64,000 bases of DNA, from contig NMRA01000262.1 in NCBI GenBank assembly GCA_002633005.1, positions 68,902 through 132,901 of the forward strand. Reading direction: 5' to 3'. The notes beneath the pieces are model-generated. The model made no database searches. It was not told the DNA's origin and saw only the letters and a program-made list of their open reading frames with translations. The position numbers and the translations under genes were made by a program. Shown piece by piece: positions 14,901 to 29,900 of this stretch (within the stretch, counting starts at the first letter, position 1; each line of letters begins with the position of its first letter). This DNA comes from Phoronis australis (taxonomy: Eukaryota > Animalia > Phoronida).

Positions 14901-17900
14901 ATTAACTGAGAAATAATGTTGTCTGGGATAATCAACAAACAGTATTTTTATTAAAAATGGCATGAAAAAGGTTACCTGCTCTGATTTAAAAGGTCAAATA
15001 CAGTAGATTTAAGCTCTTAACACTTTCAGCATCTAATACACAAATGGTGAGTCAACAGAATACTAAAAACCAGACAGGTTAGCATCCTCCAAATGTGCCA
15101 AACACAGCTAGTGACCAGACAGGTTAGGTAAGGTATCCTCAAAGTGTGCCAAACACAACTAGTGACCAGACAGGTTAGGTAAGGTATCCTCAGTGTGCCA
15201 AGCATAACTAGTGAACAGACACGTTAGGTAAGGTATCCTCAGAGTGCCAAGCATAACTAGTGACCAGACAGGTTAGGTAAGGTATCCTCAGAGTGCCAAA
15301 CACAACTAGTGACCAGACAGGTTAGGTAATGTATCTGCAAATGATTTCCTTCAGGCCAATTATCAGTTAATTACACTAAGGGGCATGTGCGCAAGATGAA
15401 AGTAACTAGAGCGGCAACCTCCACTGGGTTAATTGGTATTCCAAATTCTCTATGATGCCTTCTCTTTTCTGCCAACAGATGGCCCTACTTCACCTACAGA
15501 TCACCGGTGTATTTCATACAACTTCCACAGCCTCAACTGTACCTTCATCTATCCTCTTGTCCATAGCATGAGACGGAGACAGAAATTCACAGCCACCTAC
15601 AATCTAATTCAAAGCAGGTCAGCTTTTTGTGTAGTCATCATTTTTGTTTCTGTTAGTACATGAACTTTTTAACCAGCAACCTCAGGATTCGTGTCGAATG
15701 AGAGGACTTGTGTGTGGGTATGGTTGCTTATTGCCGTCACCTTATCTGACCCCGGTCGGATTTTTATGAAATTTGACACAAGAGTGTAGAAGGGTTCATG
15801 CCACTTTTCAATCTGCTCTGCCCTGTGGCAGTGGAAGAGTTGTGCCTTCTTCAGTATTTTTGGGTAATTATTGGGTTTCCGGGTGATATCTAGAAAATAT
15901 GGATTGATGGATTTCAGTGGAGCTTGTCACAGAGGTACGTGATTCAATTATGCGCTGGCACCATTAAATTTTCGGTCGGACTCGATCACTGCAGCACCAC
16001 CTAAGTGGCCATTTTGGCTCGACTTTGGGACTTAAGTGTTGTTTGGGAATGAGTGTTTCCAGATGATATTTCATATGAAATATATGATGGATTTTGATGA
16101 AATTTGACACAGAGTTATTTGATGGACCACTTGAATGCCTAATGGTGGCCATTTTGGGGGAAGTGACTATGGATGATATCTGGCCAATGGATGGATTTCA
16201 ATGAAACTGTACATAGTGACTATGGATGATATCTGGCCAATGGATGGATTTCAATGAAACTGTACATAGTGACTATGGATGATATCTGGCCAATGGATGG
16301 ATTTCAATGAAACTGTACATAGTGACTATGGATGATATTTGGCCAGTGGATGGATTTCAATGAAACTGTACATAGTGACTATGGATGATATCTGGCCAAT
16401 GGATGGATTTCAATGAAACTGTACATAGTGATAATGATAACCGTGTGCCGGCACCGATTTGCGGGCAAATTTGACCACTGGAGCACCTCATAGAGGTATT
16501 TTTTTCAACAAAGAACCTTTTAAGTGTTGTTTGGGAGAAGAGCGTTTTTGGATGATATCTAGAGAACAGTGCTTGGTTGCACGAAACAGCCCCAACTAGG
16601 GACTCAACTAAGTTCCCTAAATCTTTTGTGTATTTTTGAACTTGTGAAAACATTGATTGCCCTTTTTATACTGTTCTAGTTTCATTACTTTGTTAACTTT
16701 TGGCTTTGATACAAATCGAGGGTGAACTCGACGTTATTGAAAATGTTGGGATCTTTTCATGCATCGCTCCTAACTTAAGGACCAAGTCCCTATTTATATT
16801 CATTGAATTCTGGGCTCAGTTTTTAATTTTATTTATTAGAAAATGTCAGTATCCAAAGAGGACCCCAAAGTGAAGATGAAATGATATAAAAAGATTTCAT
16901 CTGTAAGTAAACAGACACAAATAGGCAAAAGATTTAGGGAACTTAGTTTCATGCAATCTAGCACAGGTCAACGGATTTCAATGAAACTTGATCTAGAGGT
17001 AACAATGCTCCAGCATTATTTGATTGGTGGGCTGATTTGACTACTGCAGAACCTCCTAGTGCCCCTAGAAATATAGTGCGCAAAGCACTGTGGCCACATG
17101 TCGACGTCCCAGCATTACTCTTGCTCAGTTTTATAGGCGCTCGTATATTTATGTGTGTTTTGTGCATGTTGTCATTATCTCTGGGTGTTCGGTGTCTGCA
17201 GCTGTCTCCTTAACCTCTTGTAGGATTGAAATTTAGCTGGTGTGTTTCTATGCAGCTTACAACAGTTGGTGACGAGTTTTGGACGGATGCGAGTACCGCC
17301 ATGCCCCATAGTGGCAGTTTTAGTTTTTTTTACATTTGCCTAGTGTATCTACGCAGTTCCTTGATGGATTTTTGTGAAATTCGGCAAATGGGTTGTTAGT
17401 AAGGATGTGATGATGCCGTTCCATTTTGAGATGGATTCAACGGATTTTACGCCACCTTGTGGCCATTTTTGTTGTACTTCCGTCCATTTTCTGCAGTCCG
17501 TCTCTCTATCTGTCATACTGCTCAAATGATCATGAAAACAGATGTGTTTCTGATGCCAAGGCCTTGACTAGTAACATTGAATTTTGGACAAGTCCGACTA
17601 CTGTGTTGTTCCCTAATGCATTTTCATGAAATTCAGCAAATACGTTTATTGAGGAGGTGATAACCTCTTCCCATTTTCAGATAAATTTGACGTTTTCTGC
17701 GCCAACTGGTGGGCATTTTTTGTTTTTTTTTCCGTCTGTTTTCTGGCATCTGCCTCCCTATCTGCCTCACTGCTTAAAGGATCAGTATCAAAATTCGCAG
17801 ATATGTTCTTTATGAGAAGGCCACAACTGACGCTGACTGACTACTGTGTCGCCCCCTAGTGGCGATTTTGTTCTTTGCATCTGCAGCTGAATCTCTTAAC

Positions 17901-20900
17901 CCCTTGAAGGAGCTTTGTGAAATTTGAAAGATTTGTTCCTATGGAGCAGACGACAAACGGTAACAAGTTTTGAACTTAAATCTAAATACCACTCTGACCC
18001 CTAGTGGCAAAATGATTTTTATGCACCCACATATTTATATGTGGGTGCATATTGCCATTATCTGTCTGGGCATCTGGTGTCCGCAGCCGTATCTCCTAAA
18101 CCCCTTGCAGGATCTTATTGAAATTTCGGCTGGTGTGTTTGTGCGGGGTTGACGACAGAGGGCAGCGAGTTTTGGACTGACCGGAATACCGCTGTGCCCC
18201 CTAGTGGCAATTTTAGTTTTTTACGTTTGCCTCTGTATCTTCAAAGGTCCTCAACCGATTTTCATGAAATTTGGCACATAGGCATCTATTAGTGAGGTGA
18301 CACTATCCTTTTGTTTTCGGATGGATTCGAGGTATTTTGCGCCATCTAGTGGCCATTTTTAGTATTTTCGAGTCCGTTTTTTTGGCATCCATCTATCAAC
18401 TAAACCACTCTAACGATGATTGTGAAAATTGGCATGTATGTTCTCACTATGAAGAGATCACAATTGACGATGATTTTTCAACGACTTCAACTACTGTGGT
18501 GCCTCCTAGTGGCAGTATTGTTTTGTGTGCACATAACTGTATCTCCTAAGCCCTCTGCATTCCGTTGTCATCTGTTTATCTGAAGTTCTTTGATGGATTT
18601 TGATGAAATTTGCTTAATAGCTTTCTGTTAAAGAAACAACATTTTCCGGTTTTCTATCTGTAGTCTATAGTTGGCAGTCTCTATCTATGGTCTATAGTTG
18701 GCAGTCTCTATCAATAGTCTAATTAGTTGACAGTCTCTATCTATAGTATATAGTTGTGTGCTAATTTTACTCCCTACCACTTCTCAAATGGTCAACTATA
18801 CATTGCTGTCCTGCCTTTGAATTTCATGTGTTGTTCATGGTTGTACATAATGACATGTCCGTATATCTGTTAATTTGTAACACACACGAGGAAGGGACTC
18901 TACACAGTGCACTGTGTGTAATGTATAAATTCTCCTGTTATTGTAGGACACATGGAGAAGGGACTCTACGCTGCACAGTACACTATGGAAACCCAAAAAC
19001 TTACACTGTGATCGACTGTTCTCTCAATATGGTAGTCGCCGAGCAGCCCTATGTCATCTTTTTTAATTCCAGTCATGCTGACCTGGGGTCAAAAATTACG
19101 CGATATGAAATCGTTGCAAAGTCATCGATCGGTAAGAGATATGAGATAATCAATTTTGTCCCATGCAGTTTCAGAATTTTTCTTCTGGAATGTCATGGAG
19201 CAAAAATGTGGCAGCACTCACATGTAAGGTGTATGGAGGTGGGTCAACCAGGAAAGACATCTGGGTTGAGTTTTGTATAGACATAAGAATCTAAAATCAA
19301 ATCCATTAAATAACTTTGAAGTATTGATACTAGACTGATAAAACTATGTTTTTAAAATCCTTGATGATCACAGATTACTAGGCGCACGAAAGCTGTGACC
19401 AGATTTTAGTAGTCACATGATTGCGTTTTTCTAAAAAACAAATTTTCAGAGAAATTGCCAGAATTTCCGTGCAAAACTTGCAAACTATGTTTCTTTGTTC
19501 TATTAGGTACAAAAGCGTTTCTTGTCTCAGATTTTCTTTTAGACCTTTTAGAGCGAGAGTTTGACTACCAAAAATCATGACTTCTGTGTCTTTCAATAAA
19601 TGATTCCTGCTGAGTGCTCAGGGTAAATGGCCTTAAAAAAGGTGTGACACCCTTTTGTGGCTAATTAGAGTAACAAAACAAAATTTGTAAGTTTCTTGCA
19701 AAAAAACTCTTGCTGATGAAAAATATGTGAAAAATTAAGATTTTTAGAAACAAAGCCATCACATGATTACGAAAGTCTGGGCATTGTTCTTGTACATGTG
19801 TGAAATAGTCACGGTCTGCTATTAATTCTTAAAAAAGGAAATTTCTCTGTGCTAAGTAATTGTAGTCTCTACAAGTTTCCATGAGAAAAGAATTTTTTTG
19901 TTCCAATGCTTTTGCAGTTATGTCATTTGATAGAAATAGGCAAATTGTTTAACATGTTTTAATTCCATCTCCACCTTATGCATAACATTGATTTATTTGC
20001 AGTGAAACTTAATGCTGTGAAGAAACTAAAAATAACGCACATAACGAGCTCATCTATAATGCTGTCATGGCTGCCACCTGATGGGGAGAATTTTAAAGAT
20101 GTCGTGGCTACAAAACTTCTGACACTTCATTACAACGTCACGTGGTGGAGTGAATGGGGAACATTCAATAGTCAGGTATGAAGTCATAGAACTGCTTGGT
20201 TGCAGAACAATGATCATGGGCCAAGGTGGCGAATTTCAAAACCAGTTTGATGCATCAATCCTGTAGGCCAGTTGTTACATCGCAGTTTGATGCATCAATC
20301 GTGTAGGCCAGTTGTTACATCGCAGTTTGATGCATCAATCCTGTAGGCCAGTTGTTACATCGCAGTTTGATGCATCAATCGTGTAGGCCAGTTGTTACAT
20401 CGCAGTTTGATGCATCAATCGTGTAGGCCAGTTGTTACATCGCAGTTTGATGCATCAATCGTGTAGGCCAGTTGTTACATCGCAGTTTGATGCATCAATC
20501 GTGTAGGCCAGTTGTTACATCGCAGTTTGATGCATCAATCGTGTAGGCCAGTTGTTACATCGCAGTTTGATGCATCAATCGTGTAGGCCAGTTGTTACAT
20601 CGCAGTTTGATGCATCAATCGTGTAGGCCAGTTGTTACATCGCAGTTTGATGCATCAATCGTGTAGGCCAGTTGTTACATCGCAGTTTGATGCATCAATC
20701 GTGTAGGCCAGTTGTTACATCGCAGTTTGATGCATCAATCGTGTAGGCCAGTTGTTACATCGCAGTTTGATGCATCAATCGTGTAGGCCAGTTGTTACAT
20801 CGCAGTTTGATGCATCAATCGTGTAGGCCAGTTGTTACATCGCAGTTTGATGCATCAATCGTGTAGGCCAGTTGTTACATCGCAGTTTGATGCATCAATC

Positions 20901-23900
20901 GTGTAGGCCAGTTGTTACATCGCAGTTTGATGCATCAATCGTGTAGGCCAGTTGTTACATCGCAGTTTGATGCATCAATCGTGTAGGCCAGTTGTTACAT
21001 CGCAGTTTGATGCATCAATCGTGTAGGCCAGTTGTTACATCGCAGTTTGATGCATCAATCGTGTAGGCCAGTTGTTACATCGCAGTTTGATGCATCAATC
21101 GTGTAGGCCAGTTGTTACATCGCAGTTTGATGCATCAATCCTGTAGGCCAGTTGTTACATCGCAGTTTGATGCATCAATCGTGTAGGCCAGTTGTTACAT
21201 CGCAGTGTTATTCAGTTGTGAAGATGGAGACACCATCACATCAAGGGTGGTAATCGTATTCAGGTTTGGTGGACTCAACTTACAAACCAACTGTGTCTTG
21301 TTCTTCTAGAAAACACAACAAATTTGAGTCATTCTCCAGTCTCTCCAATGACTCATAGCTCACAAACAATAAATGTTAGTCCTTCACCACACTTTCCATT
21401 AACACATGGCTCAACCAATTACGTAAACCTGACTCTTGTGTTGGTCTGGCTTCAGTGAAACCATATAGAGGATAAGCTCACTTTAAATTTCAATATTTCT
21501 CTTTACGGACCGATTCTTTGGCCTGTGACACGACTCAAAAATTGACCAATTGTGTGGCACACGTCGAGTAAACTTTCTGTTTTCATGCATTTTGAATGCA
21601 CTGGTCAGTTATTGAGACAAGTGTTGAATAAAAAGTTTGATTGTTTTATGCCAAGTGTTACTGTCGGCCATAGAGCTATAAACAGCAGATCATGATATAT
21701 CAGAAATGCTCTGGACATTTAGTGCTAAACATTTCCCTTGCTTTTTCATTGATGTTCTATATTATATTTATCTTTGGAATGAGGTAAAATGAAAAACGTG
21801 TGATACACCCTGGTATTTTTCATGTACATTTGTCAATTAAAGTACTATTTGTTTCTATTTTTATATGGTCTTGAAATCGCTTTCTGTTCTAAATCTTCTT
21901 CCAGTGCTTGAAAACCTGTAAGTTGTACCCTTCAATACCTGCGTATGCATTAAAACCATCACACGGCTGATTAAGGCCAATTTTTAGCACCCAAATATGT
22001 TCTAATCTTGTGCATTAACTCATCAAATCATTTCTGTGCAGGTTACAACAAACTCGGCGTTGGGAGAGATCCTATACAACATCACCAGTTTGGTGCCGCA
22101 CACAAGTTACACAATCTCAGTGAAGATAAAGCCTCAGAAGAGTGACTATTGGAGCGCTCCGGCCACAGTTGAAGGTCGGACTCTCTCAGAAGGTTCGTCT
22201 TCATCCCTTTTATTTTGTTTTCATCTGCTTTGTCATCGGCTCCTTATATTATGGGACACTGGGGCTTTCATCTCCATCTGTTGTCATTTTCAAGTGCATT
22301 GTGGGACAATTGTTGGCTGTTAACATCTGGTGACATTTTGTGCTGTGTTAAAAATATGGTGGATAGCAATCAGAATATTATTGTAAACACAGCAACATGT
22401 TTTTCCTACGATTATGGACTGATCAACCAGCATACCCAAGACAAAAGATTGTCTCAAAATGCTTATCAAAGTCTTCCTTGAGCCATACGCCATTAGATTA
22501 CGCTGAAGCTATCTTACCACCTAAACACTTGTCTTATAAATCGTGTTTCTGACATCCTTAGTTATCTTTGATGTCAGTGGATGTTTATGAGCTGAGAAAG
22601 TGCCACAGTGCCTTTGAAAAACAACAGTACATAGACGAAATTGAATGGGGCCAGTTAGGACGTCTGCTCCTGTTTAGAACAAACAACATAAGGCCTGGCC
22701 ACTTTCACTAGCTTTTGTCATTCGTGAGGCATTTGTGACAAGAAATCTTGGATAAATTGCAATGAAAATTGTCAGCATTCTGGCTATTTTTGTTCTTTGT
22801 TTTCACCCACAGTTATTGTCTTGCTAGTGTTCTTGTGATAACACCATGCCTGCATTACTGGAGACAGCACTTTTGTTCACAAGTCTACTCAATAATATGT
22901 AAATAGTACTTGCCTTCAAGTTGAGCACATTATAGTTGGTATCCGTTAGTAAAATTCTGCATATACTTAAAAATTGTGCCTGTGTTCGTTTTAAGAAATC
23001 CCTTCATCCTCTGTCAAGTGACATGTATGCTCTTTTTACATTTAAGTGCCGGCCGTGTCTCCTCTGGTCCCACCTGGAGGATTCACATTCCTCCACTGTG
23101 ATGGCTGCAACATGATGCGTCTCTACTGGCAGGTTTGTATAGTGTGTTCTTTATATTAGTCTGCTGGCATGGCTGGTTACATGTCGTCTGCAGTAAATGT
23201 CTATAAGAAAAATCAGAAGGGATTTAAAACTACTTAATTTATAAGAATGTTACTTTTTAAGTAATTTTTATTAATCTGCCGTAAATGACTTTCTCCGAAT
23301 TGTGTTAGGAGCCATTTTTCTTGTAAAATTGTTTGTTGATGCTTACAGAAATGAAATAATTTAAATATAAATAATTTCAAACTGTAGGTATGACACAGTG
23401 AAAACACTTTTTCTTGATGGTTTAGCTGCTGTTTTATAGTGATTTGTTTATGGCATTGGGTGATCAAGTGAAGTGGCAGATTACTCATTTCCTTACAGGA
23501 CATTCCTCCTTGGTTGCGTAATGGAAAAATAGAGTGCTATGAAGTTTTGGTGGAGGGTGGAAACCCAGTATGTGTTGAGCCAAATGAGTATCACTTTGAT
23601 ATCAACCTGCATGCTGTCTCTGGCCAGACAGTTCAACTGTCAGTCAGGAATACTGTGGGACTTTCTAGTAATTCGACCATATTTGACATCAGAGAAAGAA
23701 CAGATGACAGCTCAAGTAAGAAAAAGTTTGATTACCTCAGGCCAGTGTTGGTGTTAAACTCATTTGCATTGTGCCAGTGTTGGTGTTAAACTCATTTGCA
23801 TTGTGCCAACTTGACAACATCTCGTCTGATTCATTGTCACATTAAGTTATTATTGTCCTTTCGTATTTAGCGACTGAGTGATGATTTGTTGGTTTGTGAT

Positions 23901-26900
23901 CTGGTGTCGCACACACGGCCTTGTGATCTAGGATTGTTGGTGATGCTTGGTTACTCACAGGGCTTGGAATGACCCATGACAAAAAAGCGGACATTCTTAC
24001 GGCCCTAAACATGCACGCACCCAGCCTTGAAAATGCGGGGGCTCGAATTTTTGACGATGTGGACCTTTTGCCGACAAAACATCGGGAGGACTAAAAAAAC
24101 GATACCACGTCTAGAAGCGTGCGTCTGCATCTTTTGAGCTCGTCCGTCCACTCCCACCTCCACACATTTTTGGCTGCAGAGTCGTAGTATTTGTCACTGC
24201 GGTTAACAATCCATTGAAGAAAAGCACGCTATCCCAGGTGCCCCGGCAATGATTACAATTTACGTTCCTCCGAAACATAAAGAGCAACTTTCGCTTTTCG
24301 AGGTGAAAGTCGTCGGCAACACCGCGGTAAGAAAGAAATTTGCACTGGAAATTTTGTATAAAATCCGATTTTTTTACGCGGAAATATAATAAAATACGCG
24401 GTCAGAACATTTGAAAAAAGTGGAAATCCGCGTTTCCGCGGAAAATTCCAAGCCCTGTATTCAGTTAATTTCACACACCCATCAACCAACAAGTCTGTTT
24501 GTGTGATGTAAGGGGAGAATTCCTTCAATCCTATGAATATGTGTGGCATTAAGTTGATTTTGATTGTTGATCAGTGGATCAAGATGTACACAAATGAACA
24601 TGTGTGGCATAAAGTTGATGTTGATTGTTGATCAGTGGATCAAGATACCCACAAATGAATATGTGTGGCATAAAGGTGATGTTGATTGTTGACTATATAG
24701 TGGAACAAAATACCCACAAAACATATCTGGTGCGCCGCCCATGTAACACCAAATAGAGTTCATCAACATTGTTCTAACACTGCGTGGGACTATAATAGTT
24801 AAACTGTGAATTAATGGTGGATTGTGAACAGTGTTAAATGCTTGAAAGATATCTGACATTGAAATTCCATTATGGTACATTCATCTGGTAATTTGATTTG
24901 TGATTGTTTACTTTTCAGCCCCCAAGTTCAATGTGGGTGTGGAACGATTATCATCTCAAGAGTTGCTTGTTCTGTGGAACCTTCCAGAAAATATCTTGGA
25001 GACTTTCTTGTACTTCTGCAAGATTGACGATAAAGATCGTGTTTGTGCCGTGAGTAACTTCCAGGGTTATATGATGAAAAAAGAACAGAGAATTATTGTA
25101 GTTGAATAGACTAACTACCTTGCCTTGAATCCAGTCTTGTCTTTCTATCTTTGCCTTGATAGAAATATAACAATATAAATCATTTATCTGAATCTATTTT
25201 GCCAGATATACATCAAGCTATGAGTAAAACAATACAAGGATTGTTGAATAACATGTATTATGATGTGTCTACAAACATTGAATAAAAACAAAAGACTGCA
25301 AGATTGGGTGCGGGGACAAAATGCTTAGGGTGTTTACATAGAAATGCCCAAAGTATCATGGAATAATTAGTAGAGAGGTTATGAGAAAAACCCAGGAAAA
25401 GCCTGACAGAACAGGCTGTACTGACACAAAACAGAACTAACTGGCCAATGAGATAATGAGTAAGTAGGTGCAAGAATACAAAAGTAGTACATGGTGGCTA
25501 TATATAAAAATGACTTATGTAAAATAATCCCTATCTGTGGATATAATGAGAAATAACATGTTCCAAAAACATGTTGAAAAATATTGAGTTAAATTTAATG
25601 AACTGTCTGGTATGACTCAATTTGAGACACTCGTTTTTTTGTTATTTCTTAAAATAGAGTCCGTTGTACTTCATCGCAAATCCCCCAGATACGTTGAACT
25701 CTACGATAGATGTTAAAGCAAGATATGGATATTCGACAAATAGTGTGAAGGTTGGCTTTGGATATGCAGCGACTACAGTTGATAGGGGGCGACACTATTC
25801 AGGAATAACCTGGCACTGTGTTCTCAGTGGTCCTATAGGTAGGTTTTTATCTACTGCGGCAGTGTGGCATTGTTGTTCAAATCAAACTAGACCACATTGC
25901 TAGATCCTTGAGTGCAGTCTCCTGAAGAATAGCTGATTTCGTATTCAGTTAAACGTGTATGGTGTGCTTGATATAGTTTGTTCTTGCATTGTGTGCTTGA
26001 TATAGTTTGCGCTTGCATTGTGTGCTTGATATAGTTTAATTGTTCTTGCATTGTGTGCTTGATATAGTTTGTTCTTGCATTATGTGCTTGATATAGTTTG
26101 TTCTTGCATTGTATGCTTGATATAGTTTGTTCTTGCATTGTGTGCTTCATATAGTTTGTTCGTGCACTGTGTGCTTGATATAGTTGGTCTTGCATTGTGT
26201 GCTTGATATAATATGTTCTGTACATCATCACTGTAAGGTATTGTTATTATAAACTTATGGTACAGCATAAATTATCCAGCTTTGAATGGATAATATCCCA
26301 TAGGTGGAAACTTGCAATGGAGGCAAACTGTAACAAAAGTGGCAAGTACCATCTCGGTGCTCATACACATTTTGAAATCCTGAGTTTCATGTAAGGCCTA
26401 CGCACTTTCAGCACTTTTACAAAACAGAGGTGGTTGTAACTGAAGAAAACATTTGACATCTTTTATTATTTCAGTTCCAAAGGCACCTACTGCAAAGAGC
26501 TCAGAAAACGAACTGATCAACGGTATGCCTAAGGTGACTATCACATGGAGTCCTGTTGGATGTGATGGAAGTAGTGAACGAGTAGAGAGCTACATTGTCA
26601 ACGTATGTGAGATAGACAACTGCCAAGGTAAACTGTTTTAGCTCGGGGCCTTTCCTGAGGTGCAAGTGAAATTTAAACAATATGTATGAGTATCATCAAG
26701 CACTTTTTCATTTTTTTAAATCGTTAACGGTTGAAAACCTGCATTGACTACGTTGTTAGAAGCCTTCAGCAAAGAAAAAAGACATTTTTATGCACCCACC
26801 TATTTATATTATAGTGCATGTTATTGTCATCTCTGCCTGGGTGTCTGGCATCTGCTACTGTGTCTCTTAACCTTCTTCCAGGATCTTATTGAAGCTTAAA

Positions 26901-29900
26901 ACAGCTGATGAAAAGTTTTGGACCAATGCGACTACTGCTGGTCCCACCAGCCCAGTGGCAATTTTATTTTTTTAAGTTTGCCTCAGTATGTTTGGAGTTC
27001 CTTGATGGATTTTCATGAAATTTAGCAATTAATAGGTTTTTACTAATGAGACGACAATGCCATTCCATTTCCAGACTGGTTAATTGTGTTTTATTCCTCC
27101 TTGTGGGCTTGAGTCTGTTTTCTGGCGTCCGCTTCTTTGTTTGCCAAACCGTTCAAAAGTTCATTGTTTTTTGTGTCTGCGGCTGAAGCTCTTTGTGAAA
27201 TTTGACAGATGTGNGGAGCCTTCGACAATTGATAATGAATGTCAGAGTAATCCGAATACCACAGTCCACTGTGCCCCCTAGTGGCATTTTTTTCATTTGC
27301 TTCTGTATCTTCAGAGTTCATTAATGCATGTTTTTGACATCTACCAGTCTCTACCTGTTAAACTGGTCAGATGATCATTAAAAAATGGGCGGGATGTTGA
27401 TCAGAAGACTGTGGCTGACATTGATTTTTACATTTGTTCACCCCCTAGTGGCAATTTTGTTTTTTTTTTCATCCGTGGCTGTGTCTCTTTAAAGTGAACT
27501 TGCAGACTAATTACTTATCTCTTTGACTGCTTGGACAAATTAGTTAGAAACACAACATATAGGGATGATGTGAATATAAAGTAGTGTTTTGGTTTAGTGT
27601 TGGGGAATAACACTGCTTGATGTGAGCTATGTAAGCCCCGAAGGTATGTCATTAGGTCAGAGGTCACCTATTTGCAAATTTTTTTGTTTTTGCATTTTAC
27701 AATTTGTCAATGAATACAGCTGTACTTTGTTTACCCTAGATGATGTTCAAACAGCATTGTCGTTTAGTTCCTGCTATAGACTAGCATAGTTAGGAGCATG
27801 CTAATACATCTTTAATCCTTTGAATGTTCTTTGCAAAATTTGGTTTATGTGATCCTAGAAAGATGGCAATGGGTGACGATCACTTTGAGACCATTTGTAC
27901 TAACGGCTGTTTCTGCTTGTGTCAGTTTTAGTCATGTGACATTTGCCCCCATATCTTTTGAGTTCAGAAATGGATTTTTATGTGCCCACATATTTATGTC
28001 ATCTCTGTCTGGGCATCCGGTGTCCGTGGCTGTACCTCTAAACGCCTTGCAGGATCTTATTGAAATTTGCCTGGTGTGTTTCTGTGGGGTAGACGACAGA
28101 GGATGACTAGTTTCAAAGGGATCCGAATACCACTGTGCCCTCTTGTGGCAACTTTAGTTTTTTAGGTTTGCCTCTGTATCTTCAAAGGTCCTCAACTGAT
28201 TTTCATGAAATTTGGCACATAGGCAGCTATCCTCCAGTTTTCGATGGATTCGAGGCGTCTAGTGGCCATTCTATTTTAGAGTTTGTTTTTGGCATCCACC
28301 CCTCTATCAATCAAACTACTCTAAGGATGATTGTGAAAACTGGCATGTATGTTCGTACTATGAAGAAGACGGTTGACGAAGATTTTCCGATGGCTTCGAC
28401 TACTGTGGTGCCTCCTAGTGGCAGTTTTTTTTGTTGTGCCCATAGCTGTATCTCCTAAGCCCTCTGCAGGATCTTTATTAAATTTAGCACGTGTAATACG
28501 GAAGACGATGACTTTCCGCAGGCGGATCCAGTGAATGCTGTGCCCCCTAATGGCAAAATTTCAATTTTTTCCTTTTTCTTCTCGACGGATTTTTATGAAA
28601 TTTGGTAAATTTATAGCTTTCTGTTAAAAGAAACGGTGACAATTTCCTGTTTTTGTGGCCATTTTTATGATACAAAGAAACACCCCTAGAAGCACACCGT
28701 TTGCAGTGCATTTGTGGGTGCGTTCAAGCCTCTATTAAGTTGACAATGCCTTTCCATTTTTTGACGTATTCTGCGCCACCTAGTGGCAATTTTCATTATT
28801 TTGGGTTTGTTTTTTTTTGCTGTGGGTCTCTGTATCTGCCAAACTGCTCAGAGAATTATTATGAAACCTAGTGGTTGTTTTCCTGATGAGAAGATCATGG
28901 CTGACGTTGGTTTTTGGATGGGTTTGAAAACTGTGTTGTCCCCTTGCAGTGAATTTCCTTTTTTGTGATAATGGCTGTAGCTCCTGTTTCCTGTGCAGGA
29001 TCTTTATAAAGTTTTGTTAGTAGGTGTTTCCTATAAATGCAACACTGACTGCTCACAGCTTTTTGCACTGACTACTGCAGTGTCTTCTAGTGACATTATT
29101 TTTTATTTCTATGTGTGCCTCTCTATCTTCAGAGTTCCTTGATGTTTTCTTATGAAGTTTGGCACACAAGTTTCCTTTATGAATATGACAGCACAGTTTC
29201 ATTTTGGAATGAATTTGACACATTCTGCGCCACCTAAGAGCTATTTCACTATTTCCGAATGCCAAACCACTTGGAGTATCGCTATGATAATTAGCAGATG
29301 TAATCCTACTGACAAGATTATGTCTGACACAGATACAGCTTCTGTAGTGACCCCTAGTGGCATTTTTTTATTTGCGGATGTATCTAGTAAACCCCTGTAA
29401 GATCATAATTAGGTTAGTGTGACTTGACAACAGATGGACGGATGTGAATGTAACTGCCCTCGTAATGACAATCATTTTTTATGTTTGCCTCTGTTCTTTG
29501 GCATATCTTAGTGAAATTTAACAATTTTCTTTGTATTAGACTTAGAGAGATGAGATGACGGCACCTTCCAGTTTGAGGTATTCTGTACCAGCCATATTTA
29601 TACTAAAACACCCCTAGAAGCATCAATTCTCTTATGAAAAAGAAAGTGAGAATCTCACTGGAATCCAGTTAGATTCTCAATAAATCACCCTTAGTTAGAA
29701 ATGCCAGTGAGAATTAATCCAATGGGAATTGAACAGCTGTGGGAGTCAGTGAGAAAATAGTGAGAAAAAGTTATGTAACGGTGAGAAACCAGTGAGAATT
29801 TTGGTCCTAGGAAAATTTCTGAGTGAGAATTGAGTGAGAATTTGGACTTGCCAAAATTGGAGTAAGAATTCAGTAAGAATTTAATATAAGCAAACACAGG

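Noticed and set aside
18860-18915. Degenerate copy of the 18947 exon start (acacacgaggaagggactctac) as an alternative exon
   Set aside because: The acceptor AG is lost (gtaac instead of gtagg); this is a local micro-duplication.
20243-21206. Possible CRISPR array (40-bp periodic repeat with an internal palindrome)
   Set aside because: Units are contiguous and near-identical with no unique spacers, there are no cas genes, and the context is a eukaryotic intron. The same applies to 45251-46223.
28135-28458. Recurrent ORFs containing 'PPSGSF/PPSGNF' (also 18337, 35925, 43024, 50078) as a protein family
   Set aside because: They are translations of the non-coding cctagtggc repeat motif, with inconsistent frames between copies.
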